Source of the DNA: Malacoraja senta
Taxonomy: Eukaryota
Length of the DNA stretch: 64,000 nt
Direction of reading: 5' to 3'
Assembly: GCA_038087875.1 (NCBI GenBank)
Contig: CM075995.1
Coordinates: 6,884,001-6,948,000, forward strand
Within the stretch, counting starts at the first letter, position 1. Every line of letters begins with the position of its first letter. Below are positions 1 to 12,584 of the stretch, piece by piece. Position numbers and translations under genes: made by a program. The notes under the pieces are model-generated. The model did no database searches, was not told where the DNA came from, and was given only the letters and a program-made list of their open reading frames with translations.

Positions 1-298
1 TCCCTTCTATATCTGTTATAATATTCTTTGCTTTAAATGGTATACCTTTTCTTATGATAATTGACGTGCCTCTAGATTTTGAAGTGAATGAAGAGTGGTA
101 TGTTTGACCTATCCATTTCGCCCTCAGCCTAACTTGGTCCTGAGGTTTTAGGTGTGTTTCTTGTAGGAAGGTAATGTCAGAATTATACATTTTTAGCTGA
201 GCTAATATCTTACCCCTTTTGATAGGTTCATTAATACCTCTTATATTCCAACTACAAAATGAGACTCCTCCTAGGTTCTTTTGTGTGGTGTCATGCAT
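1..298 (-). CDS. L1 ORF2 N-terminus (APE endonuclease), open to the window edge
   Basis: Manual translation from ATG at 298 gives MHDTTQKNLGGVSFCSWNIRGINEPIKRGKILAQLKMYNSDITFLQETHL...SKSRGTSIIIRKGIPF...ITDIEG. The SWNIRG and FLQETH motifs are APE signatures; no stop in 99 codons. Missing from the ORF track because it is truncated. Confidence 0.93.
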   Translation of the reverse strand, partial: MHDTTQKNLGGVSFCSWNIRGINEPIKRGKILAQLKMYNSDITFLQETHLKPQDQVRLRAKWIGQTYHSSFTSKSRGTSIIIRKGIPFKAKNIITDIEG

Positions 299-1103
299 TT
301 TGAATAATTATAGTACCTTTGAATCTTGTGGTGCGTCCATATCCCAGGTCTTTAGGTATTGGGGGAGTTTTTGAATTATTAACTTTTGTTGGTATGTCCA
401 TATTATTCTTATCACTAAACACAAAACACAAACAAGTGATTTTATGTAATAAAAAAAAAACTAAAAAAGTGAGGCTACAGTGTCTATAGTCGGCACTGTA
501 GCAAGTGACCCACCTGTAGGTGGGAAAAAACCTTATTTTGACTTCCATTGCGTTGTTGCTCAACTCGCTCCGCTCTCTTAGTTAATCATAACATATTAAA
601 ATATTAAAACGAGGCCTCACATTCATATATATAATACAATTTTACCCTGATATTTCCTTATAACATATATATATATCAGAGTTTAATTATTAAACCAATA
701 TTTTTGATTTCAATAAGAATCAGCTGTTGGTTGAAGGGGTTAACGAGACGTGCTCCTGGACATAAGCCAGGAGCTCGTTTCTCATCCCCTCCTCCCGCTT
801 ATAGACAAGGTTACAATTTATTAAAAATTCATATTAGTATGTTAGTTCATTATTTTTTTGTTTTTTTTGTTAGTATTCTAATCTAACCTGCATAACTTTT
901 AAAGTTGTTAATAGGATAAGTTCTTACAATTGGTTATAACATTTTAATCAATAAGCAATTATTTTCTAATTCATATCCCGTTATAAAGTTGTTTACACGT
1001 TTTGAACAGAAAATGTCCTTGCTTCAACATTCCGGAGATAACAGTGTAACTATCCCCAGACAAAACATAGCTGAGAATTATTCGGATCTGCCAAAGCTCC
1101 CTT

Positions 1104-2174
1104 TTATTTCTGTCTTTCAACAATCGTTTGGGCATATTTGAAAGCGTCTTCAGGCTTAACAAATGACTTTTCAAGACCATTAAAAGAAATACGCATTTTA
1201 GCGGGATAAAAAACCCCGAATCTGACCCCTTCTCTCCCTCTTAAAAGATCTTTAACCTTATCAAATTTGTTTCTTTTTTGCACAATTTCATGTGGGTAGT
1301 CCCTGAATATCTTAATAGTGTCTTTGTCCAGCCGTAATTGTACACCATATTTGATATGGGTCATAACATATTCCAGTTCTGCAGTGTCTCGAAATTTCAC
1401 TATAATATGTCGTGGATAAGCTTTTCCCGCATCAAATCTTTTTCCAAATCTTGGGACACGATGAGCCACTTCGATTTTCGGTTCCTTGGGAAGATTCAAC
1501 AGTTGTTTCAACAAGCCCATGGCAAATTCACGTACCTGTTCCCCTTCTGCCCCCTCTGAAACACCAAGAATCCTCAGATTCTGGCGTCTAGAACGAGCTT
1601 CCAGGTCCAGGCATTTGAATGAGACTTTCTCTAATTGAGTCCCCATTTGTAGTGATGCTTGTTCGTTTTCTCGCCTCATTTGCTCATGTTCTTGCCTCAA
1701 TTTCGCCATGTCTTCAACCAGTCGTGCCGTATTTTTCTCCAATTCCGTGATTGTCTGCATACTTGCAGCTACTGTTTCAAGTACAGCCGTGAACTTATCC
1801 GTAGTAATTACATCCATTTTATCCATTTTCTCTGATAGTCCATCTTTCACCTCATCAATTCGTTTATTCATAGTGTCCAGTAAATCCGTCATATTCTTCT
1901 GGTTACCAGCATTTAAATCCTTCATCATCTTCTGCATTCCTTCCATCATTTTTGCCGAATTTTCCTTCATTTCCTTCTTATCTTCCACCCTATTATCCGA
2001 GATCTCATCTTTCAAATTTTTCATTGATTTTTTCAAGTCATCAAAGTCTTTCTTAGATCTTGTATCCATTTCTGCAGCCACTTCAGAGACTTCAGAGGTA
2101 ACTTCAGTTTCGAACTGTTTCGACAGTTTATTCACAGCTCTCTGAGGGCTCACAGCTGGAGTCAATTTACTCAT
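1104..2174 (-). CDS. L1 ORF1p (coiled coil + RRM + CTD), 356 aa, intact
   Basis: Heptad-rich N-terminal half, then LEARSRRQNLRILGVSEGAE, PRHIIVKF, IFRDYP and FYPAKMRI, which are typical L1 ORF1 motifs. Confidence 0.92.
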   Translation of the reverse strand: MSKLTPAVSPQRAVNKLSKQFETEVTSEVSEVAAEMDTRSKKDFDDLKKSMKNLKDEISDNRVEDKKEMKENSAKMMEGMQKMMKDLNAGNQKNMTDLLDTMNKRIDEVKDGLSEKMDKMDVITTDKFTAVLETVAASMQTITELEKNTARLVEDMAKLRQEHEQMRRENEQASLQMGTQLEKVSFKCLDLEARSRRQNLRILGVSEGAEGEQVREFAMGLLKQLLNLPKEPKIEVAHRVPRFGKRFDAGKAYPRHIIVKFRDTAELEYVMTHIKYGVQLRLDKDTIKIFRDYPHEIVQKRNKFDKVKDLLRGREGVRFGVFYPAKMRISFNGLEKSFVKPEDAFKYAQTIVERQK

Positions 2175-2360
2175 TTAAAGGGCTTCAAACCACCGTTTAA
2201 AACATCGCGTTTAACGATGACGTCATCAGCGCGGTAACCAGAAGCTCCGGTAAGGTTTTTAAAAACAATCCCGATTTTCGGACCCGTTTTACACGATAAA
2301 TCGTGAAGTTTTTCGGGTGAGGAGCTGGGTGCACGTCTGTTAGTCTAACATGACGCCCCC

Positions 2361-5300
2361 TTCCTCTCAACCCTCCTCCTCCCCCACCTCATAATTTTTT
2401 TTTTCTAACATTACATTTTCTCTCTCTGCACCCCCCCCCCTCGAGACGCACCTGAGAGGTGATGGCTATTCGTCAGTGGATAGGGTGGAGATGGAATAAA
2501 AGAAGAAAATTAAAATATTAATATAATATCAAGGGGTGTGATGAGTGTGTGTGTTTGTGGGTGCCAGATTCACACCCCGCAACCCTGCTTTGGAGGTACA
2601 GACCCAACGGGTGGTTAGTGTGACGTCACAGCCCCCCGCCCCAAACGCACGTTCGGTGTCCAGACCCAACGGGTCTGCACTTGGTCTGCCTGACTTGTGT
2701 CTGCCATCCGCCTGACGTGTCACAAATCCCCTTTGATACCGCTCTAGGCCCACACAGCACGCGGAAACGCCGATATTTTTTACCGTTTCTAAAGAGATTA
2801 CGTTTATCTTTACGAATAGACAATCCTGATTAAATTTGGTCGTGTTTATGTACACTTTTTAAAATAAAATACCTCTCCCCCCCCCAAACCAAACATTTCA
2901 AAATGTTTAAAAAAAACAGCTCAGCCATAGAATGTTAGTAAAGATTCCGTTGTGTGATGTCACAATGCACAATGCTCACAGATGTCCAATCGGAATGAAT
3001 CCGTTTACATATGCCTTTGCAGCAGCCACAGCCCCAGCCCCTACCCCCCCCCCACCCCCGCAGCCTGTGTCGAAGGGCATCGTCACGTTTGTGGCAATAG
3101 AGAAAGAGGATTGGGGGTGATAGGGAATGGGAAACAGATGGACTGTCCCTACCCCTCCTACTTCAACTCTCCCTTCCCACTCTTCCCCCTCTCTCCTCTC
3201 CCCCTCCCTCCCCTCCCACCCTCTCTTCCCCCTCCACCACCCCTCTTCACCCCCATCTCCCCCCACCCTCTTCACCTCTCTCTTGCACCACTCCCCGCTA
3301 CCCCTCTTCCCCTCACTCCCCACTGTTCCCCTCTCCCTCCCCCACCTCTCTCCCTCCCCCTCCCTCTCTCCCTCTCTTCCCCCTACTCCTCTCCCTTTCC
3401 CCTCATCCCCTCCCCCTCTCCCCCCTTCCTGCCCTCCCCGCTCTCCTCGCACTCCAAACTCTCCTCCCCCTCCCTCTCACCCACCCTGATCTCCTCTCCC
3501 TCCCCAATCTCTCCCTTCCTCTTCCCCCTCTCCCCTCCCTCCCCCTCTCCTCTTCTCTCCCCACCCCGTCTCCCTCTCCCCTCTTCTCTCCCCACCCCGT
3601 CTCCCTCTCCCCCCCTCCCCCCCCCGAGTGTGTTTGGGGGTGGTTAGTGTGAGTTTGGGGGGTGGTTAGTGTGAGTGTGATGCCGCAGCCCCCCCCCTCC
3701 CGCAAACGCGCATTGGGAAAACAGCCCGCCAACAGTCTCTCTGTCTTTAAGACGGAACTGCAGATGCTGGAAAATCGAAGGTACACAAAAAAAACCTGTA
3801 CATCATCAGCGGGTTCAGCAGCATCTATGGATCAAAGAAAATATGCAACGTTTCGGTAGAAAACCATTCTGAGGATGGGCTTCGACCCAAAGCGTTGCCT
3901 ATTTCCTTCGCTCCATAGATGCTGCTGCATCCGCTGTGTTTCTCCAGCTTTTTTTTGTGTACCAGTCTCTCTCTCTCTCTCTCTGCCCTTCTCTCTTCAC
4001 AGCCCGCGGCTCATCTCATGCACGCCCGCTCCAACCCCCCCCTTCACCTCTCTCCCCCATCCTCTCTTTCCTCTCTCCACCCCTCTTCTCTCTCCCCCTT
4101 CCTCTCCACCCTCCTTCCCCCTCTCCTCTTCTCTCCCCACCCCGTCTTCCTCTCCCCTCTTCTCTCCCCACCCCGTCTTCCTTTTCCCCCCCTCACCCCA
4201 TCCCCCCGAGTGTGTTTGGGGGTGGTTAGTGTGAGTTTGGGGGGTGGTTAGTGTGAGTGTAATGCCGCAGCCCACCCCCCCTCCCGCAAACGCGCGTTGG
4301 GAAAACAGCCCGCCAACAGTCTCTCTGTTTTTAAGACGGAACTACAGATGCTGGAAAATCGAAGGTACACAAAAAAACCCTGTATATCATCAGCGGGTGC
4401 TGCAGCATCTATGGATCGAAGTAAATAGGCAACGTTTCGGTAGAAAACCAGTCTGAGGATGGGCTTCGGCCCAAAGCGTTGCCTATTTCCTTCGCTCAAT
4501 AGATGCTGCTCCACCCGCTGTGTTTCTCAAGCTTTTTTTTGTGTACCAGTCTCTCTGTCTCTCCCATCTCTCTCTCTCTCTCTCTCTCTCTGCCCTTCTC
4601 TCTTCACAGCCCGCGACTCGACTCATGCACGCCCGCTCCAACCCCCCCCTTCACCTCTCTCCCCATCCTCTCTTTCCTCTCTCCACCCCTCTCCTCTCTG
4701 CCCCTTCCTCTCGACCCTCCTCCTCCCCCTCTTCAAATTTTTTTTTTCTAACATTAAATTTTCCCTCTGCCCCAACACCTCTAGACGCATCTGAGAGGTG
4801 AGGGCTATTCGTCAGTGGATAGGGTGGAGATGGGATAAAAGAAGCAAATTAAAAAATTAAAATAATATCAAGGGGTGTGATGAGTTTGTGTGTTTGTGGG
4901 TGCCGGATTACGTGCTTTGGAGGAAAGGGGGTGATTAGTGTGACGCCACAGCCTCCCCCCCCCCCCCCGCAAACGCACGTTCGGTGTCCCGCCTTTGATA
5001 CCGCCCCGCGCCCGCGCGGCGCGCGGAAACGCCGATATCTTTTACCGTTTCTAAAGAGGTTACGTTTATCTTTACGAATAGACGATCCTGATTAAATTTG
5101 GTCGTGTTTAGGTACGCTTTTTAAAATAAAATACCTCTCCCCACCCCCCAAACCAAAAATTTCAAAATGTTTAAAAAAACAGCTCAGCCGTAGAATGTTA
5201 GTAAAGATTCCGTTGTGTGATGTCACAATGCACAATGGTCACAGATGTCCAATCGGAATGGATCCATTTACATATGCCTTTGCGGCAGCCCCAGCCCCGG

Positions 5301-8300
5301 CCCCTCCCCCCCCAACCCCCGCAGCATTGGGCATTGTGACATCACAAAACGGAACCTTCATTTACATTCTATTGCTGAGAGCTGTTTGTTTAACATTTTG
5401 AAATTTCCCCATTCCCTATCCCCCCCACACACGTGGCGACGCCCTGCGACACGTGTGACAAATCGAAATGAATCCGTTTACATATGCCTTTGCAGCACCC
5501 ACAGCCCCAGCCCCTCCCCCCCAACCCCACAGCCTGTGTCGAAAGGTGTCGCCACGTGTGTGGGGGGGATAGGGAATGGGGAAATTTCAAAATGTTTAAA
5601 AAAAACAGCTCTCAGCAATAGAATGTTAATGAAGGTTACGTTTTGTGATGTCACAATGCCCAATGCTCAAAGATGTCCAATCGAAATGAACCAATTTACA
5701 TATGCCTTTGCAGCAGCAACAGCACCAGCCCCTCCCCCCCACCCCCGCAGCCTGTGTCGAAGGGCGTCGTCACGTGTGTGGCAATAGAGAAAGAGGATTG
5801 GGGGTGATAGGGAATGGGTAACAAATGGACTGTCCCTACCCCTCCTACTTCAACTCTCCCTCCCCACTCTTCCCCCTCTCTCCTCTCCCCCTCCCACACC
5901 CTCTCTTCCCCCTCCACCACCCCTCTTCACCCCCATCTCCCACCCACCCCCTTCACCTCTCTCTTGCACCACTCCCCGTAACCCCTCTGCCCCTCACTCC
6001 CCACTGTTCCCACCTCTCTCCCTCCCCCTCCCTCTCTTCCTCTCTTCCCCCTACTCCTCTCCCCTTCCCCTCATCGCCTCCACCCCTCTCCCCCCTTCCT
6101 GCCCTCCCCGCTCTCCTCCCACTCCCCACTCTCCTCCCCCTCCCTCTCACCCACCCTGATCTCCTCTCCCTCCCCAATCTCTCCCCTTTCCTCTTCCCCC
6201 TCTCCCCTCCCTCCCCCTCTCCTCTTCTCTCCCCACCCCGTCTCCCTCTCCCCTCTTCTCTCCCCACCATGTCTTCCTCTCCACCCCTCCCCCGCCTGTG
6301 TTTGGGGGGTGGTTAGTGTGAGTGTGATGCCGCAGCCCCCCCCCCTCCCGCAAACGCGCGTTGGGAAAACAGCCCGCCAACAGTCTCTCTGTCTTTAAGA
6401 CAGAACTGCAGATGCTTGAAAATCAAAGGTACACAAAAAAATGCTTCATAACCTCAGCGGGTGCAGCAGCATCTATATCAAAAGAAATAGACAACGTTTC
6501 GTGAAAAAACCCGTCTGAAGATGGGTTTCCGCCAAAAGCATTGCCTATTTCCTTCACTCCATAGATGCTGCTGCACCCGCAGTGTTTCTCGAGTTTTATT
6601 GTGTGTACCAGTCTATCTGTCTCTCCCCTCTCTCTCTCTCTCTGCCCTTCTCTCTTCACAGCCCGCGGCTCAACTCATGCACGCCTGCTCCAACCCACCC
6701 CCTTCACCTCTCTCCCCCATCCTCTTCTTCCTCTCTCCACCCCTCTCCTCTCTCACCCTCCTCTCTCCCCACCTTCCTCACCCCCCTTCCTCTCAACCCT
6801 CCTCCTCCCCCACCTCATAATTTTTTTTTTCTAACATTACATTTTCTCTCTCTGCACCCCCCCCCCTCGAGACGCACCTGAGAGGTGATGGCTATTCGTC
6901 AGTGGATAGGGTGGAGATGGAATAAAAGAAGAAAATTAAAATATTAATATAATATCAAGGGGTGTGATGAGTGTGTGTGTTTGTGGGTGCCAGATTCACA
7001 CCCCGCAACCCTGCTTTGGAGGTACAGACCCAACGGGTGGTTAGTGTGACGTCACAGCCCCCCGCCCCAAACGCACGTTCGGTGTCCAGACCCAACGGGT
7101 CTGCACTTGGTCTGCCTGACTTGTGTCTGCCATCCGCCTGACGTGTCACAAATCCCCTTTGATACCGCTCTAGGCCCACACAGCACGCGGAAACGCCGAT
7201 ATCTTTTACCGTTTCTAAAGAGATTACGTTTATCTTTACGAATAGACAATCCTGATTAAATTTGGTCGTGTTTATGTACACTTTTTTAAATAAAATACCT
7301 CTCCCCCCCCAAACCAAACATTTCAAAATGTAAAAAAAAAACAGCTCAGCCATAGAATGTTTGTAAAGATTGCGTTGTGTGATGTCACAATGCACAATGC
7401 TCACAGATGTCCAATCGGAATGAATCCGTTTACATATGCCTTTGCAGCAGCCACAGCCCCAGCCCCTCACCCCCCCAACCCCGCAGCCTGTGTCGAAGGG
7501 CGTCGTCACGTTTGTGGCAATAGAGAAAGAGGATTGGGGGTGATAGGGAATGGGAAACAGATGGACTGTCCCTACCCCTCCTACTTCAACTCTCCCTCCC
7601 CACTCTTCCCCCTCTCTCCTCTCCCCGTCCCTCCCCTCCCACCCCCTCTCTTCCCCCTCCACCACCCCTCTTCACCCCCATCTCCCCCCCACCCCCTTCA
7701 CCTCTCTCTTGCACCACTCCCCGCTACCCCTCTGCCCCTCACTCCCCACTGTTCCCCTCTACCTCCCCCTCCCTCTCTCCCTCTCTTCCCCCTACTCCTC
7801 TCCCCTTCCCCTCATCCCTCTCCCCCCTTCCTGCCCTCGCCGCTCTCCTCCCACTCCAAACACTCCTCCCCCTCCCTCGCACCCACCCTGATCTCCTCTC
7901 CCTCCCCAATCTCTCCCCTTTCCTCTTCCCCCTCTCCCCTCCCTCCCCCTCTCCTCTTCTCTCCCCACCCCATCTCCCTCTCCCCTCTTCTCTGCCCACC
8001 CCGTCTTCCTCTCCCCCCCCTCCCCCCTCCCCCCGAGTGTGTTTAGGGGTGGTTAGTGTGAGTTTGGGGGGTGGTTAGTGTGAGTGTGATGCCGCAGCCA
8101 CCCCCCCTCCCGCAAACACGCGTTGGGAAAACAGCCCGCCAACAGTCTCTCTGTCTTTAAGACGGAACTGCAGATGCTGGAAAATCGAAGGTACACAAAA
8201 AAAAACTGTATATCATCAGCGGGTTCAGCAGCATCTATGGATCAAAGAAAATATGCAACGTTTCGGTAGAAAACCATTCTGAGGATGGGCTTCGACCCAA

Positions 8301-9427
8301 AGCGTTGCCTATTTCCTTCGCTCCATAGATGCTGCTGCACCCGCTGTGTTTCTCCAGCTTTTTTTTGTGTACCAGTCTCTCTCTCTCTCTCTCTGCCCTT
8401 CTCTCTTCACAGCCCGCGGCTCAACTCATGCACGCCCGCTCCAACCCCCCCCCCTTCACCTCTCTCCCCCATCCTCTCTTTCCTCTCTCCACCCCTCTCC
8501 TCTCTCCCCCTTCCTCTCCACCCTCCTTCCCCCTCTCCTCTTCTCTCCCCACCACGTCTTCCTCTCACCTCTTCTCTCCCCACCCCGTCTTCCTCTCCCC
8601 CCCTCACCCCATCCCCCGAGTGTGTTTGGGGGTGGTTAGTGTGAGTTTGGGGGGTGGTTAGTGTGAGTGTGATGCCGCAGCCCACCCCCCCTCCCGCAAA
8701 CGCGCGTTGGGAAAACAGCCCGCCAACAGTCTCTCTGTCTTTAAGACGGAACTACAGATGCTGGAAAATCGAAGGTACACAAAAAAAACCTGTATATCAT
8801 CAGCGGGTGCAGCAGCATCTATGGATCGAAGTAAATAGGCAACGTTTCGGTAGAAAACCAGTCTGAGGATGGGCTTCGGCCCAAAGCGTTGCCTATTTCC
8901 TTCGCTCAATAGATGCTGCTGCACCCGCTGTGTTTCTCAAGCTTTTTTTTGTGTACCAGTCTCTCTGTCTCTCCCATCTCTCTCTCTCTCTCTCTCTGCC
9001 CTTCTCTCTGCACAGCCCGCGACTCGACTCATGCACGCCCGCTCCAACCCCCCCCCTTCACCTCTCTCCCCATCCTCTCTTTCCTCTCTCCACCCCTCTC
9101 CTCTCTCCCCCTTCCTCTCGACCCTCCTCCTCCCCCTCTTCAAATTTTTTTTTTCTAACATTAAATTTTCCCTCTGCCCCAACACCTCTAGACGCATCTG
9201 AGAGGTGAGGGCTATTCGTCAGTGGATAGGGTGGAGATGGGATAAAAGAAGCAAATTAAAAAATTAAAATAATATCAAGGGGTGTGATGAGTTTGTGTGT
9301 TTGTGGGTGCCGGATTACGTGCTTTGGAAGAAAGGGGGTGATTAGTGTGACGCCACAGCCTTCCCCCCCCACCCCCCCACAAACGCACGTTCGGTGTCCA
9401 GACCCAACGGGTCTGCACTTGGTCTAG
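2361..9427 (+). repeat. Higher-order tandem array of about 2.1-2.3 kb non-autonomous Helitron-like units (dimer period about 4.43 kb)
   Basis: 2361-~4990 repeats at 6787-~9400. The unit-start motif ctttgataccgc occurs near 2731, 4992 and 7157. The array ends with hairpin CAGACCC-aac-GGGTCTG (9399-9415) followed by CTAG (9424-9427). Confidence 0.75.
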
Positions 9428-9908
9428 TATACTTTTAAAACTCTCTGGCTGTCGTCCGTCTGTACGTCTGTACGTCTGTACGTCTGTACGTCTGTACGTC
9501 CGTACGCCGCCTTTGATACCGCCCCTGGCCCACACAGCGCGCGGAAAGGCCCATATTTTTTTCCATTTCCAAAGAGATGACATTTATCTTTACGAATAGC
9601 CACTCCTGATTAAATTCGGTCCTGTTTATGTACACGTTTTTTAATAAAATCCATCCCCCCCCCACCCCCATGTGATTTTCTCCGATTGTCTCCGATTTTC
9701 TCCGAAAACGATGCCATCTTTTTTCCCCCGATTTTCTCCGAAAACGACGCCATCTTTTTTTTGCCGATTTTCTCCGATTTTTTCCGAAAACGACGCCATC
9801 TTTTTTTCCACGATTTTCACCCAGGGGTCTGAAGCACGTTCGGGAACAACACCCTGGGGTGTCAAGCACTTTCGGGGACCAGACCTAACGGGTCTGCACT
9901 TGGTCTAG
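9428..9908 (+). mobile_element. Short non-autonomous Helitron-like element
   Basis: Starts TATACTTTTAAAACTCT and shares the subterminal block with the array units. Contains (cgtctgta)n and ccgattttctccgaaaacga repeats. Ends hairpin + CTAG (9905-9908) before a TA run. Confidence 0.7.
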
Positions 9909-10009
9909 TATATATATATATATATAGTACATACTCACATTGTAGGAGCCATTTATGCTTAGGATATGTGTCAAATTGCCATTACACACATATACATATA
10001 TATATATAG

Positions 10010-10800
10010 TCAATAGTCAGATTTATTCGTCGCAATAAAGTGCAGTGAAATGAATTTGCCAGCAGCGGTACAATAAAAAAAAGAACACACAAAACACAAT
10101 AAAAATTTAATACAAACATCCACCACAGCATTCATCACTGTGGTGGAAGGCACAAAGTTTAGTCAGTCCTCCTCCATTTTCCCCTGTGGTCGGGACCACA
10201 ACCCTCTGCAGTCGCCGCTGCGGGCAGCCAGATGTGCAGACAAGGTAAGTCCTGACTGCGGCTTCAAGATGGTGTAGGCCGCAGGCCGGCGGTCGAAGAT
10301 CTAAAGTCCCCGCCGCGCCGCAGTTAGAGGCACCGCAGACCGCGGCTTCAAAAGATGTTGTAGGCCGCCGGCCGGCGGTCGGAGCTCTTCTCCAGGTTTC
10401 CCCGGCGAGGGATCCCAGGCTCCGGACACCGCGCCAGCTGGAGCTCCGTAGACCGCGGCTTCAGGCTGCCGCGGGCCAGCGATCGGAGCGCTTCCTTCTG
10501 ACGAAGGCTCGCCCGCTCTGCGATGAAAAAGTCTACGCTACGCCTGCTGCTGAAGCCCCGGGCCCGTCTCCGGGAAAGGCCGCACCGATCCTTTGTGTTA
10601 GGCCGCGAGGGAGGCGACATGGAAAAAGTCGCCTCTCCGTGGAGGAGGCGACCGGAGCGGTTTCCCCGTTATCCCCCCCACACAAGACACACCAAGAAAC
10701 ATTAAAAACACACATTGGGACATACTAAAAAAACAAAAAAAGTAGAAAATGACTAACACGCTGCTGGCAGGGCAGCCAGCTTGCAGCGCCCCCCACCGAC
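10010..10800 (-). mobile_element. GC-rich non-coding retroposon (SINE-like) with a LINE-type 3' tail
   Basis: Same layout as 24897-25745 and 39435-40293: a GGGGGCG start, a T-rich linker, a GC-rich body and an AATAAA tail. Confidence 0.5.
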
Positions 10801-11239
10801 ACATATAGAGACACAAAATATATATATACACATACTGTATATATAGACACACATATATACACACAGAACTTTTTTTCTCTCTTGTTTATTATATAGTTTA
10901 CATGTTTACATATTCTGTTGTGCTGCAGCAAGTAAGAATTTCATTGTTCTATCTGGGACATATGACAATAAATCACTCTTTGATTGTGGATACAAGCATT
11001 TGCAAGCATTCAAGTAAGAAAGTTGATACTCCCAGTTGACTAGAGTGGGTTTCTGTAAGTTACAAGACCTCTTTGATACCATGTAAAGAATAAATTGTAC
11101 ATGCTGCAGTAATTTCACAAATGTATTGAAGTTATTGCAAGAATTTAATGTTGCTTTAATCTGTTTTAAGGGAAATTCCTCAGCCCACAGTTTAGGATGA
11201 AGGATGGAGACATAAGGAACTGCAGATGTTGGAATCTTA

Positions 11240-12583
11240 CATAGAAACATAGAAAATAGGTGTAGGAGGAGGCCATTCAGCCCTTCGAGCCAGCACTGCC
11301 ATTCATTGTGATCATGGCTGATCGTCCCCAATCAATAACCTATGCCTGCCTTCTCCCCATATCCCTTGATTCCACCAGCCCCTAGAGCTCTATCTAACAC
11401 CCTCTTAAATCTCTACAAATTCACAACTCTCTGGGTGAAAAAGCTTTTTCTCACCTCAGTCTTAAATGGCCTCCACTTTATTCTAAGACTATGGCCCCTG
11501 GTTCTGGACTCGCCCAACATTGGGAACATTTTTCCTACATCTAGCCTGTCCAGTCCTTTTATAAGTTCCTATAAGATCCCCCCTCATCCTTCTAAACTCC
11601 AGTGAATACAAGCCTAGTCTTTTCAATCTTTCCTCATATGACAGTCCCGCCATCCCAGGGATCAATCTCGTGAATCTACGCTGCACTGTCTCAATCACAA
11701 GGATGTCCTTCCTCAAATTAGGAGACCAAAACTGTACACAATACTCCAGATGTGGTCTTACCAGAGCCCTATACAACTGCAGAAGAACCTCTTTAAGGGC
11801 CTGTCCCACGGGCATGCGACTCCATGCGGCAAGCGCGACCTAACCGCAAGCGGGGGCCGTGCGGAGGCCGTGCGGGGGTCGCGGGGCCGGTCCCACTTCG
11901 ATCGCCGGAGCCGTATGGAGTTGTGCGGAGCTGGTCCCGACATCACGCGGGGCTCCGAAAAACTGACACTGTTCAAAAATTACGTGCGGCAACGGCCTGC
12001 CGCCCCGCAGCTGCATCGAGGCCGTGCGCGCCGCATCGATGGCCGTGCACACCGCCTCGACGCCGGACGCAGCAGCCTCGATGCCATGCACACCGCCTCG
12101 ACGCCGGACGCCGCCGCCTCGCCGCCGTACGCACCGTCTTGACGTCACTCGACCTCCGCGCGGCCCCCGCTTCCGATTTGGTAGCGCTTGCCGCATGCAG
12201 CCGCATGCTGGTGGGACCAGCCCTGTACGGGGATCACTCGACCTCCGCGGGGCCCCCGCTTGTGGTTAGGTCGCACTTGCCGCATGGAGTCGCATGCCCG
12301 TGGGACAGGCCCTTAACTCCTATACTGAAATCCTCTTGTTATGAAGGCCAACATTCCATTAGCTTTCTTCACTGCCTGCTGTACCTGCACGCCAACTTTC
12401 AGTGACTTGTGTACAAAGACGCCCAGGTCTCGCTGCACCTCCCCCTTACCTAACCTAACCCCATTGAGATAATAATATGCCCCCTTGTTTTTGTCGCCAA
12501 AGTGGATAACCTCACATTTATCTATATTATACTGCATCTGCCACGCATCTGCCCACTCACTCAACCTGTCCAGGTCACCCTGC
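11240..12583 (-). mobile_element. CR1 (HER1-like) LINE 3' fragment, split by a MITE
   Basis: RT/C-terminal peptides GDLDRLSEWADAWQMQYN and [19 protein letters not shown]; (atagaaac) tail repeat. Confidence 0.88.
11796..12313. mobile_element. PIF/Harbinger-like MITE
   Basis: About 70-bp near-perfect TIRs starting AGGGCCTGTCCCAC; TTA/TAA flanks; interrupts a CR1. Confidence 0.8.
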
Positions 12584-12584
12584 A

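Larger units (their letters stand above)
1..2360 (-). mobile_element. L1-clade LINE, 5' portion (5'UTR, ORF1, spacer, ORF2 start), inserted into the Helitron-like array
   Basis: The element begins GGGGGCGTCATG at about 2360. The flank from 2361 matches the uninterrupted array unit from 6787. Confidence 0.88.

Noticed and set aside
291..563. 90-aa ORF in the L1 spacer
   Set aside because: No motif, low complexity, and the listed start is a non-ATG codon.
2976..9208. Many Pro/Ser/Leu-rich or Gly/Glu/Arg-rich ORFs
   Set aside because: They are readings of CT-rich low-complexity tracts in the repeat array and are open in several frames on both strands.
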